A stretch of 64,000 nucleotides of DNA from Spirochaetota bacterium. GTDB taxonomy: Bacteria; Spirochaetota; UBA6919; CBDBPB01. The notes below the pieces were generated by a model. The model was not told the origin of the DNA, ran no database searches, and saw nothing but the letters and a program-made list of their open reading frames with translations. Positions within the stretch are counted from its first letter, which is position 1, and each line of letters starts with the position of its first letter. The position numbers were made by a program, and so were the translations under genes. This document shows positions 1-10,137 of this stretch, one piece after another. Where the stretch lies: NCBI GenBank assembly GCA_965208615.1, contig CBDBPB010000007.1, positions 415,703 to 479,702 of the forward strand, in the 5' to 3' direction.

Positions 1-3000
1 CTCAATACTTCTTTTTGCCTCAACAAACTTATTTTTAACTTTGTTATACTCTCTAAGAGCCTTGATAAACTTTTTTTGGTAGTGGTATATTTTAGCTAAC
101 ATTAGTATAGCGAAATATTTATTATCACTTTCTTTTTTTAGGTTTAGCTCACCGGGGAAAAGGTCATAGGAAACTGATTTGGCAAAGTTACGCGCTTTTA
201 GATAGTCCCCTTTTTTAAATAGGGCATGAGCGGCTATAAACTTGTATCCATCTAGGAATCTACTATTTTTATATCTCCTTGAATATAGTAAGGCCTTATT
301 AATTGTTTGTTTATAGTTTTTGTGATCAAGGTATAGGTTTAATAGTGTAAAGGCTACCTCATCGGCGTTATAGCTTTCTGGGTAATAAATGAGATAGGTT
401 TGGAATATATTTTTAGCCATAGTAAAAAGCATATTTGGCTTTAACTTCTTTACCTTTTTACTTTTAAGTTCGGTATACCTTAGGTATATGTTCTGAGCAA
501 AGGTGTAATATGTTTTTAGTACCAGTTTATAATCTGGATAATCCTTAATAAGCTGGTTTATAAGGTTATAGGCCTCTAGAACTTTATTTAAACTACTAAG
601 AGTACCTGGTATAGCGACTTCTTGTAAAAAATAGCTTTTGATTGTACCGTTAAGAACCTGTATAGCTCTTTCATCCTCTTTTATATTGTGATAACTATCT
701 GCAATTTTGAGTACCTTTTCAAAAGGTATAATTAGTTTAGGATAGCGTTCTTTCAAAAGCTCGAAAAACTTTACCACTTCATTATGATTATTATTGGCTA
801 AGCTAATGTATAAAAGCATAACACAGGATTCTTTGTAATACTTATCCCTTAAACGGTGTTTAGTAAAGACTTTATTTAATAGATCCTTACTTTTTTTATA
901 ATTGTTATGTTCGAAGTAATATTTACCTATGGTATAAAGTTCATCTGGCGATAGATTATAGCTTTTAAAGGTATTATAATCCGGATTTAATATGGATAGC
1001 TTTTTAACTTTGCCTAATATAATCTTATTGTAATTACTTATAGGGTATACCTGGGTTGGCAGAGTTTTATAATGACCCCTAAATCTGGATATAAGCTTAT
1101 AATTAATATAGATATACCTCTGTTTCGGCGATCTACGTTTAATATAAAATATAAGTTTATTTTTATCTTTTCTATAATAGGAATATTGACCGGATACCGT
1201 ATCTTGAACAAAGGTACAGCCAGCTGGAATGTTATCCTCCATTATGAAATAGGATTCCTTTATATTACTATTTAGGTATAGCCTTATAGAGACAGGGAAA
1301 ATTATATGTTGAGCAGTATTTTTTAGCTCTTGGACAGTATAAGAATAATACTCTCTTTCTATGGTGGAATATCCCCTGGAAAAAGGTTTACTATTTATAC
1401 TATATTTGGGATATTTAATAGTTTTAGTCAAGCTACCATATTTCGTTAATTTTTCACGTACTATAGGTTGAAAATGGCTTAATACTCCTGAATAGAATAT
1501 TTCTCCTTTACCTTTAATAGATATTTCGAGTTTATTTTTATTTTTTATATTTTTGTTTATGTTTATAGTTTTTGGTGGATTAATACCTGTTATTTTTTTA
1601 TTTATTATAGTTTTATTATTCCACTTTATTTTTAGGTTAAAATTAGTTTTATATGGTTTTTGGTGGATTAGATATGTCGAAATACATTCTGAAAAGAGTG
1701 CTAAGAACTCTTGGCTAACGTATTTTAATTTGTTAAGGTTGTGGAATAGCTTGACTAGGTATGGTTTTGATTTAAAAGTATATTTTTTAAGCTTTAAAAA
1801 AGATAGCATACTAAGGGCAATAACCTCACTTTTTGAGCCTAAAAAGTCGAGATATGTTTTTTTATTATTAAAGCCATTATTTTTGATTTTATTTTTTATG
1901 ATTACTAATAGCTCTAGAGCTTCTGCATTACGATTCATGTTATGGAGTGTTAAGCTAAGGAGGTTTAATCCTCTAAGGGATAGTTTATGTCTATTTCGAT
2001 ATAACCTATTAACGTATGGATAACTGGCTTTATTATTGGATGATAGGGCATATAATATAAGAACTTTATTTTCTAAGTCATTCCTTGTTAGTTTGTAGAA
2101 AGCATTATTAAGGTATTTACTAGCCCTATTTAATATAGATTGTTTTAATTTAAACCCTATATTTTTTGCTTTACTAAGGGCGTAATATACTAAAGATGAG
2201 ATAATTAGATCATCTTTACCTCTATTATATACCCAGCTCCATCCTCCATTTTGTTTTATAGTTGAGGATAAGAAGTTAATTTTTTCTATTATTTCACGTT
2301 CAACATTGTTTATCTGGGATAGTCTATTGGATTCATATAGATTAAGGTATTTTAATAAAGAAAGTTTAGCTATCAAATGGCTGGCAATATGATTTTGGAA
2401 TAAAAAGTTAGAGTTATCAAACATTCTATCCACTTGAAAAAGTGCTTTATTCAGTGCGGAATATATAATTAACTTAAAGTTGGAATGTTTAGTTGTTAAA
2501 TTCTTTATATTAATCCACTGGGTTTTTTTAGTTTTAACATATCCCCTTACTTCTTTATAAAAATACGATCCCCACTTTCTTACAGGGATTAAGCGTTCTT
2601 GACTATCGTATGGACTAATACCAATTATTCTAATCGGATTATCTTTATTATTAGCTATAAACTCTTTTGACTCAAATGGATAGCTTTCTTTAGGTTTTAT
2701 AGAAAACTTATATATATTAGTATTTTGGTTTATATTAATTTTTAGATCGCCTTTTAGTTGGCTATTTGAGGCATTTATTAGGTTGCCGTCTATGGATAAT
2801 TTATCCCCTTGGACTAACTCAGAAGGGGTTTCAATATGGGTGATAAAGTTTTTTCTTGCTATTATAGTTTTTTGTGCAATTCCGAATCTATGATCCTTAC
2901 TGGATGATATAACAATAATACGCCATTTTGTATTTGTTTTTGGAAGCTTAACTTTTATTTTTGCAATACCGTTTTTATTAGTTATAATTCTGCTTTTAAA

Positions 3001-5613
3001 GAAAGCAATATCTGGGAATAGTTTTCTTATAGTTGGTTCTATTTTGTCATAAGCGGCAGTGGGTCTACTTTTAGATGGCTTATATTTAAATGATTGTTTA
3101 GGGCCTCCATTTTTAGCCATTAATCGTCTAGTCTTTTTTTTAAAGGATATATCATCCATTTCTTTTTTTATTTCTTTGCTTATTTTTATAGTTTTGCTAA
3201 GATATTTATAGGGAGTGGAATGTCCGTAGCTATGTTTTGGATATTTATGTTTACGGTAAAAATAACTTTTAATATTTTTTATTTTGGTTTTAGCGATTAG
3301 GAGTACTCCCTCATCAATTAGGGCTACTGATGATTCAGAGATAATCCCCTTATTATTTAGCTTATAGGTTTTTAGGCTAAGGTTAAGGATATCATTTGGT
3401 TTATATACTTTTTTATTGGTTTTTATATTTATATTTATTTTGTGATCTGTGTTAAATTGTTTATCCGTATAATATGTATTTTCTGGTTTTAGTAGTGTGG
3501 CACATAACTTAAAGTTTGGGACAAGGTTTTTATTAAGTTTTAGGTTAATATTATTATTCCCGGCTTTTATTTTTATAACCTTGTACTTAATAATAGTTTT
3601 ACCTTTTAGGATTAACAGTACTAGTCCAGATTTTCCTTTTGAATAGAGGTTTATATTTACTTTTTTGGATGTGTTAAATACCTTATTTTCCGATAGGATA
3701 AATAGTTTATCCTTTTCTTTTTTGTTAAGTATACGGAGCTTAATTTGCCTGCGAACTGGTATATTATTATATCCTATACCCTCTATTAACAGATTATATA
3801 TACCTCCTTTATTTATGTTTAGTTCTATTTTAGCTTTACCAAGTTGTGTTTCTAGTGGTTTTTCTAGTATAAGTTTTTCTTTTTGATTTTCTATAATAAA
3901 TAGTTTGGCATTTAGTTTTTTGGATAGACCTTTATTAAATAGGTTTAGAGTTTTAATGTATACCACAGCTTTTTCAGAGGGCAGATAAATATCTTTTTTA
4001 CTTTTTAGTGATATAGAAAAATCCCTTATAATGATTGGTATACTTTTACTAAAGACCTTTTTACCTCCTTCAATATAAGCCTGTACTCTTATTTTAGTTT
4101 TACTACCATATCGCACTGTGGGAATGGATATATTTAATATACCGTTATTATTTAGTTTTTTGGATATATAATTTTCATTTTCTATTTTGTAGAAGACGTT
4201 TTTATTATTAGCGGTCAACCCGAATAGATGTTTACCTATTATTTTAAGTTTTACTATATCCCTTGGATAGTATACTATTTTATTGGTTTCGAATATGATT
4301 TCTTTTTCTGGTTTGGTGTACTTTGCAATTTCTATTCTTTTTTTGAATACTATAGACCTATTTTTTAGGTTTTGGATTATTAATTTAATATATCCTATAT
4401 TTATGGTTTTAGCTAGTATAAGTTGCCCTGATATTGTACCATAGGTGTTTTGGCTTAGTATTTTTTTATATATTTCTTGGCCGGAGGGGGATATTATTTT
4501 TATTAAAAAGCTATTATACTTAATTTTTTTAAGTATTCCATTTTGTTTTAATCTAACTATGGCTTTATACGCCAGTCTATCTCCTGGTTTATAAATTGGT
4601 TTATCGCTATATATATATCCTAAGAATTCCGTTTTATATGATTTTATTAGGTTACTGGTAGATAGTTCTGTTCCTGCATAGTGTCCATTTTTGTTTACTA
4701 GTATTTTTAGGTTATTTAGGTTAAGTTTTTTTTCTTTTTTGGAGAATTGGTAGTGTAATACTCCGTTATTATTGGTTTTATTTTTTAGTATAATTTTTTT
4801 ACCATTGCTGATAAAGACCTTTGAGCTTGAGGCACTTACTTCTTTTAATAAGTTTTTTGAGTAAACGAATATCTCATTTTGATTAGCCTGACTAGTTATG
4901 GCAATATCGCTTATTAATAGCAGGCTGGATGCCTTAAAAAGGCCGCTGGTAACTGATATAATGTATGCACCTTGTTTTTTGAGGTTTAGTTTTAGGTTTA
5001 GTTTAAAGAGTTTGTATTTTTGATAATCTTTTATTTTGTGGATAAGTGATTTATCTGGTTTGATTAGGAGTATATCTAGATTATGGATTTTTTTTAATGA
5101 GTGATGTCTTTTAAAATACTCTTCTAGGTTTATTCGGTAGATATTTACGTTAAAGTTTTTTATATTTCTCAGTTTTACGTTAATATAGGGTTTTTCTTTG
5201 CTGGTGAAAAGTTTTTTAGTTTCTAGATGTAACGACTTTTTCTTTAGTATTGAGAGTTTATTTCTGGCTTTTTTTCTCCATGGATATAGTCTAATTTTTT
5301 TAAGTATTTTTATAGCTTTATCGAATTGATTTTTATAATTTATATATACTTCAGCTGTATGATAGAGTCCTTTATGTGCGTTGCTATTATTTGGATATTT
5401 TTTAAATAGTTTATTCCAGATGTTAATGGCATCATCCATATTTTTTTTAAGTAGTTTTATTTGTCCTAGTTTAAATATTATTTGCGGATTTCTATATTCT
5501 ATTGGATACTCTCTTAGGAAGGATATATATAGTTTTTCTGCTTTATCATATTTTTTTAGATTTAGGTAATAATTAGCTTTATTAATTTTTATATTTATGA
5601 TTTGTTTTTGTAT
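1..5613 (-). CDS. Alpha-2-macroglobulin family protein, main body with TPR repeats (3' end runs off the window; continuation of 5582..6727 after a +1 frameshift)
   Basis: The frame is the same at both ends (codons start at positions divisible by 3) and the ORF track shows no internal stop-bounded ORF, consistent with one open frame of about 1870 codons. MG2-type motif GYIYSDKPIYKPGDRLAYKAIVR, FEIAKYTKPE, IRKLFPDIAFF...KFPKTNTKWRII and GGWSW are typical of bacterial A2M; TPR-like repeats occur at both ends. Confidence 0.8.
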   Translation of the reverse strand, partial: MQKQIINIKINKANYYLNLKKYDKAEKLYISFLREYPIEYRNPQIIFKLGQIKLLKKNMDDAINIWNKLFKKYPNNSNAHKGLYHTAEVYINYKNQFDKAIKILKKIRLYPWRKKARNKLSILKKKSLHLETKKLFTSKEKPYINVKLRNIKNFNVNIYRINLEEYFKRHHSLKKIHNLDILLIKPDKSLIHKIKDYQKYKLFKLNLKLNLKKQGAYIISVTSGLFKASSLLLISDIAITSQANQNEIFVYSKNLLKEVSASSSKVFISNGKKIILKNKTNNNGVLHYQFSKKEKKLNLNNLKILVNKNGHYAGTELSTSNLIKSYKTEFLGYIYSDKPIYKPGDRLAYKAIVRLKQNGILKKIKYNSFLIKIISPSGQEIYKKILSQNTYGTISGQLILAKTINIGYIKLIIQNLKNRSIVFKKRIEIAKYTKPEKEIIFETNKIVYYPRDIVKLKIIGKHLFGLTANNKNVFYKIENENYISKKLNNNGILNISIPTVRYGSKTKIRVQAYIEGGKKVFSKSIPIIIRDFSISLKSKKDIYLPSEKAVVYIKTLNLFNKGLSKKLNAKLFIIENQKEKLILEKPLETQLGKAKIELNINKGGIYNLLIEGIGYNNIPVRRQIKLRILNKKEKDKLFILSENKVFNTSKKVNINLYSKGKSGLVLLILKGKTIIKYKVIKIKAGNNNINLKLNKNLVPNFKLCATLLKPENTYYTDKQFNTDHKININIKTNKKVYKPNDILNLSLKTYKLNNKGIISESSVALIDEGVLLIAKTKIKNIKSYFYRKHKYPKHSYGHSTPYKYLSKTIKISKEIKKEMDDISFKKKTRRLMAKNGGPKQSFKYKPSKSRPTAAYDKIEPTIRKLFPDIAFFKSRIITNKNGIAKIKVKLPKTNTKWRIIVISSSKDHRFGIAQKTIIARKNFITHIETPSELVQGDKLSIDGNLINASNSQLKGDLKININQNTNIYKFSIKPKESYPFESKEFIANNKDNPIRIIGISPYDSQERLIPVRKWGSYFYKEVRGYVKTKKTQWINIKNLTTKHSNFKLIIYSALNKALFQVDRMFDNSNFLFQNHIASHLIAKLSLLKYLNLYESNRLSQINNVEREIIEKINFLSSTIKQNGGWSWVYNRGKDDLIISSLVYYALSKAKNIGFKLKQSILNRASKYLNNAFYKLTRNDLENKVLILYALSSNNKASYPYVNRLYRNRHKLSLRGLNLLSLTLHNMNRNAEALELLVIIKNKIKNNGFNNKKTYLDFLGSKSEVIALSMLSFLKLKKYTFKSKPYLVKLFHNLNKLKYVSQEFLALFSECISTYLIHQKPYKTNFNLKIKWNNKTIINKKITGINPPKTININKNIKNKNKLEISIKGKGEIFYSGVLSHFQPIVREKLTKYGSLTKTIKYPKYSINSKPFSRGYSTIEREYYSYTVQELKNTAQHIIFPVSIRLYLNSNIKESYFIMEDNIPAGCTFVQDTVSGQYSYYRKDKNKLIFYIKRRSPKQRYIYINYKLISRFRGHYKTLPTQVYPISNYNKIILGKVKKLSILNPDYNTFKSYNLSPDELYTIGKYYFEHNNYKKSKDLLNKVFTKHRLRDKYYKESCVMLLYISLANNNHNEVVKFFELLKERYPKLIIPFEKVLKIADSYHNIKEDERAIQVLNGTIKSYFLQEVAIPGTLSSLNKVLEAYNLINQLIKDYPDYKLVLKTYYTFAQNIYLRYTELKSKKVKKLKPNMLFTMAKNIFQTYLIYYPESYNADEVAFTLLNLYLDHKNYKQTINKALLYSRRYKNSRFLDGYKFIAAHALFKKGDYLKARNFAKSVSYDLFPGELNLKKESDNKYFAILMLAKIYHYQKKFIKALREYNKVKNKFVEAKRSIE

Positions 5614-6727
5614 TTTTTTGCCATAGTGGATGGTTTGGATAATCACTTAAGAATTTATTAAGGTATGTAAGGCTTTTATCGAACTGATTTTCTTTTAGAT
5701 ATATTTGTCCTATTATCTTAAAGGCTATGGGAGCTTTATTATGTTTGGGATAGGTATTTATAAAATAGTTTAGTTCTTTTAGACATTGTTTGGTTAATTT
5801 TTTAAATTGTTTATAGCTTAAGCCGATTTCATAAGCACTTATTGGAGCCAATTTATGTTTGGGATATTTATTAATTAGCATTCGTAGATATTTAACTCCT
5901 AGTTCGAGGTTATTTTCATTTTTGGGATTGGGTATGTTATAGGACTTAGCTATACTATAAAGGATTTTAGGGGATAAGGTATTATTGTTTGAGTTATTTT
6001 CTTTTTTTAATACTTTAAGGTAATGTGTTCTACTTTTGTATGGGTATCCCATTATTCCTTCTATTTTTCCTAGATAGAAGTTAGCATTTTTTATTAGTTT
6101 AGACTTAGGGAATTCTTTAATAAATTCTGTTAATAGTGATTTTGCTTTGTAATAATTTTTTAGGTGATAATAGCATAAGGCTATTTTATACTGGATTTCT
6201 TTTATATTATTTTTATTAGCACCTATTTTCATTCCTCGTTTATAGAATTGGATGGCTTTTTTGTAGTTATTTTTTCTTTTATTTTTTTGGAAGGATATAT
6301 TTTTTGCAAGGTCCAAGTATATTTGACTTAATTTATATCTTCTTTTGGGGTTTAGGATATATTTTAGACCATTTTGCAATATGGGATATGCTTTATCATA
6401 TTTTTTTTGTTTTATAAGGATATTAGCTTTTCTAAACTTAGCTTTTTGTATCCACTTTGAATCTTTAAAGTTATTAACAAGGTATTCATAAGTAGTTATA
6501 GCTTTATTGTATTGTTTATTATTTTCAAAGCTTTTAGCTAACAGATATGTGATTTCATCTTTTTGTTTAAAGGATTTGAAGTTTTTTTGTATTAGGTTTA
6601 TGGCTTTTTTATATTTTTTATTTTCTATATTATTAAGGGTTTTAGAAAGATAAGTATTACTTTTAGCAAAGACTATTGAGCTTATTACAAGGACTAGTAT
6701 TAGTAATAGTAATTTTTTTATTTTCAT
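5582..6727 (-). CDS. Signal peptide plus tetratricopeptide-repeat N-terminal part of the A2M protein
   Basis: Signal peptide MKIKKLLLLILVLVISSIVFA and many TPR/BamD-like repeats (YP.S....A.F..G). Removing one A from the A7 run at 5613-5619 fuses it in frame (WQKIQKQIINIK) to the A2M frame. Confidence 0.8.
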   Translation of the reverse strand: MKIKKLLLLILVLVISSIVFAKSNTYLSKTLNNIENKKYKKAINLIQKNFKSFKQKDEITYLLAKSFENNKQYNKAITTYEYLVNNFKDSKWIQKAKFRKANILIKQKKYDKAYPILQNGLKYILNPKRRYKLSQIYLDLAKNISFQKNKRKNNYKKAIQFYKRGMKIGANKNNIKEIQYKIALCYYHLKNYYKAKSLLTEFIKEFPKSKLIKNANFYLGKIEGIMGYPYKSRTHYLKVLKKENNSNNNTLSPKILYSIAKSYNIPNPKNENNLELGVKYLRMLINKYPKHKLAPISAYEIGLSYKQFKKLTKQCLKELNYFINTYPKHNKAPIAFKIIGQIYLKENQFDKSLTYLNKFLSDYPNHPLWQKNTKTNHKYKN

Positions 6728-6883
6728 TTATCCCCCGTTAATAAAAGGCATAATAATAATATCTTTGTGTAGTTAAACAGATTAAGTTTGGTTATTGTTT
6801 AAAAAATTATTATTGTATACTAATAGTCTTATAAAGCAGAGTTATTATTTAGCAAGTTGAGTTTTATTTTATGAAGTTATGTC

Positions 6884-8386
6884 TTATATTGTTTTTGCGT
6901 ATTCTATAGCTTTAATAAGAGCCTTAGCTTTATTTTCTGCTTCTAAAAACTCAAGCTCTGGTTTTGAGTCATAAACAATTCCTCCGGCAGTTTGTACATA
7001 GGCTATATTATTTTTAATTACCGCAGTTCTAATTATAATACAGCTATCCATATCGCCGTTAAATGAGAAGTAGGCAACTCCACCACCATATAATCCACGT
7101 TTAGTTGGCTCTAATTCTTCTATGATCTCCATGGCCCTAATTTTTGGTGCACCTGTTAGTGTACCTGCTGGAAAACATGCTTTAAAGGCGTCAAAGGCAT
7201 CTTTATCGTCGAACATAATACCCTCAACCTCGGATACTAGGTGCATAACGTGGGAGTATTTTTCGCAATACATCAATTTTTGTTTATTATTTTCTTTGGT
7301 AAGCCTTACTGAACCATATTTACATACTCTAGCAATATCATTACGCCCTAGGTCTACCAGCATAATATGTTCAGCTTTTTCTTTTTCATCATTTTTTAAT
7401 TCATTTTCCATATTTCGCTCATCTTCCATAGTTCTACCTCTACGCCTTGTACCTGCAATAGGTCTAACCACGACTCTATTTTTATTTTTACGTACAAGTA
7501 GCTCTGGTGATGACCCTATAACTTCAATGTTATCAAACTTTAGGTAAAACATATAAGGGGAGGGGTTTATAGCTCTTAAAGCTCTATAAATATTAAAGTG
7601 GTTAATGTTATTTAGGTTTATAGAAAGGCGTCTGGATATTTGAACTTGGAAAATATCCCCTTTGACTATATATTCCTTAGCTTTTATAACCGCTTCTTTA
7701 AACTTATCCTCACTTATATTAGCATTTACAGGCTGAGGTGATGGATTAGTAATACTTTCTTTTATTTTTATAGGAGTTTTTAAAAGTTTAAGTTTAGACT
7801 TTATATGTTCGACACCTTTTTGATAGGCGGATTCAACGGACTTTATTTTATTTTGTTTAATATTCAGGTTGTATACAATTTTAATTTTATGTTCAACGTG
7901 GTCGAATATTATAATTGAGTCAGTAAACATAAAGGATAGATGGGGTAGATCAAGGTCATCGTCATTATTATTCGGAATTCGTTCTATATACCTAACGGAG
8001 TCATAGCTAAAATACCCAACAGCTCCACCATAAAAATAGGGTAGGGAAGGGGGCTGATAAGGTTTATATTTACTTAAGTAGTTTTTTAGTGTTTTGATGG
8101 GGTCATCAGATTCAAAGTATTCAGTTTGATCAATATTTTTAATAATTTTACACTGGTTGTTTTTAGCTTGGAATATAAGATATGGGTTAGAGCCAAGAAA
8201 TGAATATCTTGCAATTTGTTCTCCTCCTTCGACCGAGTCTAACAAAAAGGCATATTTATCCTTATTAATTTTCATAAATGCTGAGATAGGAGTTTCAAGG
8301 TCAGCGAGTATTTCGTGATATATTGGTATGAGGTTATAGTTTTTGGATAGTTTTAGGACTTCGTTTAAAGATGGGAGTACAGTCAT
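6884..8386 (-). CDS. trpE: Anthranilate synthase component I
   Basis: ADLETP, LLDSVEGGEQIARYSF, GDIFQV, PIAGTRRRG, AEHIMLVDLGRND, GTLTGAPKIRAM motifs. Confidence 0.93.
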   Translation of the reverse strand: MTVLPSLNEVLKLSKNYNLIPIYHEILADLETPISAFMKINKDKYAFLLDSVEGGEQIARYSFLGSNPYLIFQAKNNQCKIIKNIDQTEYFESDDPIKTLKNYLSKYKPYQPPSLPYFYGGAVGYFSYDSVRYIERIPNNNDDDLDLPHLSFMFTDSIIIFDHVEHKIKIVYNLNIKQNKIKSVESAYQKGVEHIKSKLKLLKTPIKIKESITNPSPQPVNANISEDKFKEAVIKAKEYIVKGDIFQVQISRRLSINLNNINHFNIYRALRAINPSPYMFYLKFDNIEVIGSSPELLVRKNKNRVVVRPIAGTRRRGRTMEDERNMENELKNDEKEKAEHIMLVDLGRNDIARVCKYGSVRLTKENNKQKLMYCEKYSHVMHLVSEVEGIMFDDKDAFDAFKACFPAGTLTGAPKIRAMEIIEELEPTKRGLYGGGVAYFSFNGDMDSCIIIRTAVIKNNIAYVQTAGGIVYDSKPELEFLEAENKAKALIKAIEYAKTI

Positions 8387-8674
8387 TTTTTCAGCCTTTT
8401 TTTTAATTCGTCGAATATTTGATCTGGAGTGATATTATTATAGCCTAATATAACAAGGCAGTGGAACCATAAGTCAGCCATTTCATGTATAATTTCTTTA
8501 TTATCATTATTTTTACAGGCAATAATTACTTCGCTTGTTTCTTCGGCAACTTTTTTAAGAATTTGATCTAGTCCATTTCTTATTAGTGTTGTGACGTATG
8601 AGTTATTAGGCATTATTTTTTTTTCGATTTATGATAATATCATATATATCATTTAATATATTAGAGTTAGTCAT
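8383..8674 (-). CDS. hisE: Phosphoribosyl-ATP pyrophosphatase (N-terminus frameshifted in a T9 run at 8616-8624)
   Basis: SYVTTL...ILKKVAEETSEVIIA...EMADLWFHCLV motif. ATG at 8674 gives MTNSNILNDIYDIIINRKK, which joins the track ORF if one A is removed. Confidence 0.88.
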
Positions 8675-8804
8675 ATTATCGGCAAAAACTGTGATAGTGA
8701 GTTTATTGTATTAGTCTAATAATTAACAGAGTTATTTATTAGACTAGTTTAAAATAAGATAATATATTTAAATATAATATTCAAAATGATTTTATTATTT
8801 ATTG

Positions 8805-8860
8805 TGTTAACGAACGTTTTAGCAAATATAACAAAAAACGTTTTAGCAGACATTTTGTTA
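8805..8860 (+). repeat. Orphan transposable-phage end sequence outside the prophage
   Basis: TGTTAACGAACGTTTTAGCAAATATAACAAAAAACGTTTTA matches the reverse complement of the prophage right end at 35 of the first 41 positions. Confidence 0.75.
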
Positions 8861-9120
8861 GTGAAGGTTTTAGTATGTTATTGTAAGGGGGAGCTATTAG
8901 TTTACTTTTTATACAGGCATATTTTTTTTGAAGTTTTACATATAAAGTCAATATATAATATTTAAATAATCTGCTCTAAGGCTTTATGGAACGGCAAATC
9001 CGTTATCATTTAATAAAGGTCTATAATCCTTAGTCTCAGCAAGGGATTCTTAATAGCTCTCGTAGTGATGACTACTTGCATAAAAAGTGATATTTTGTGT
9101 TCATTGCTAAGGCATTTAAA

Positions 9121-9126
9121 CAGCAC
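9121..9126 (+). repeat. Left target-site duplication CAGCAC
   Basis: Immediately precedes the TG terminus; identical copy at 44476-44481. Confidence 0.88.
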
Positions 9127-9181
9127 TGTTATTAAACGTTCTAATAAATATAACAATAAACGTTCTAAGGGAATTTTGTAA
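9127..9181 (+). repeat. Left terminal inverted repeat with two AAACGTTCTAA transposase-binding-like units 24 bp apart
   Basis: 52/55 identical to the reverse complement of 44421-44475. Confidence 0.92.
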
Positions 9182-9363
9182 GGAAAAACTCCTTAAAATG
9201 TACCTAAAATTTACATAAAATTAAGGGAAAAAAAGTGAATTTTAGGTAAAAAAGTGATAAAATCAAAGAAATTATAAAAATATTATAAAAGATTTTAAGG
9301 GAAAAAGAAGAAAAATAAGGATATTTTAAGAATTTTTAGAGAGGAAAAAGACTATTTATAGCC

Positions 9364-10137
9364 TTAAATAGCCTTAATATGACTTAGCTTACTTCTAAGC
9401 CTAATAATTGCTTTTGCATGTATCTGAGAAACTCTTGATTGAGATATGTTTAATATCTCTTTGATTTTTTTTAATTTTAAATCTTCATAATAATATAGAA
9501 TAAGCACTTTTTTTTCTTTTTCAGGCAATTCTTCAATTATTTTTGCAATAACTTTTTTAACCTCTTCTTTGCCTACCATTATATCTGGGTTAAAAGAGTT
9601 AGGGCTTTCTATTGTTTCAATAATAGAGACTTTACCACTATCATAACCTAAATACCATGCATCATTAACAGATATTAATGATGTTCTGCATATTTTTAAT
9701 AGTGTTTGCTGAAAGTCGTCTACGGGGATTCCTAATTCACCAGCAATTTCTTCATCTGTGGGAGCTCTGCACAATCTGTTTTCTAAAGTATTAACAGCAG
9801 ATTCAATTTCTTTAGCTTTCTGTCTTATTGATCTCGGTACCCAGTCAATAGAACGTAGCTCATCATATATTGCTCCCCTTATTCGTATAAACGCATAACA
9901 TTTAAATTTAATATCTCGAGATGGATCAAATTTTTCAATAGCATCAAGTAAACCAAAAACACCATACCCAACTAAATCGTCAAAATCAATATCTTGAGGC
10001 AGCAAGATTCTATTTGCAACTTTATTTGCAACATATTTTACTAAAGGAAGATATTGTATAATAAAGTTTTCTCTTATTGTTGGGTCTTGTGTTTTTTTAT
10101 ACGTTTTGAACATATTTTTTTCTTTTTGATTAAGCAT
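9364..10137 (-). CDS. fliA: Phage-encoded RNA polymerase sigma factor, FliA/WhiG (sigma-28) family
   Basis: YLPLVKYVA, DDLVGYGVFGLLDAIEKFDPSR, RIRGAIYDELRSIDWVPRSIRQK, LYYYEDL...SRVSQIH. Likely start is the ATG at 10137, overlapping the gemA stop (track start 10149). Confidence 0.93.
   Translation of the reverse strand: MLNQKEKNMFKTYKKTQDPTIRENFIIQYLPLVKYVANKVANRILLPQDIDFDDLVGYGVFGLLDAIEKFDPSRDIKFKCYAFIRIRGAIYDELRSIDWVPRSIRQKAKEIESAVNTLENRLCRAPTDEEIAGELGIPVDDFQQTLLKICRTSLISVNDAWYLGYDSGKVSIIETIESPNSFNPDIMVGKEEVKKVIAKIIEELPEKEKKVLILYYYEDLKLKKIKEILNISQSRVSQIHAKAIIRLRSKLSHIKAI

Noticed and set aside
1072-7547. Plus-strand ORFs opposite the A2M and trpE genes, and similar shadow ORFs opposite phage and host genes throughout the window
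   Set aside because: Antisense shadows of long AT-rich genes with no RBS or motifs.
8676-8705. Perfect sigma-28 -10 box GCCGATAA upstream of hisE (minus strand)
   Set aside because: TAAA is 18 bp away rather than 15, and the box ends 1 bp before the ATG, so the transcript would start inside the gene.
8712-8746. AT-rich inverted repeat upstream of hisE
   Set aside because: Could be an operator or hairpin, but low complexity makes it uninformative without comparative data.
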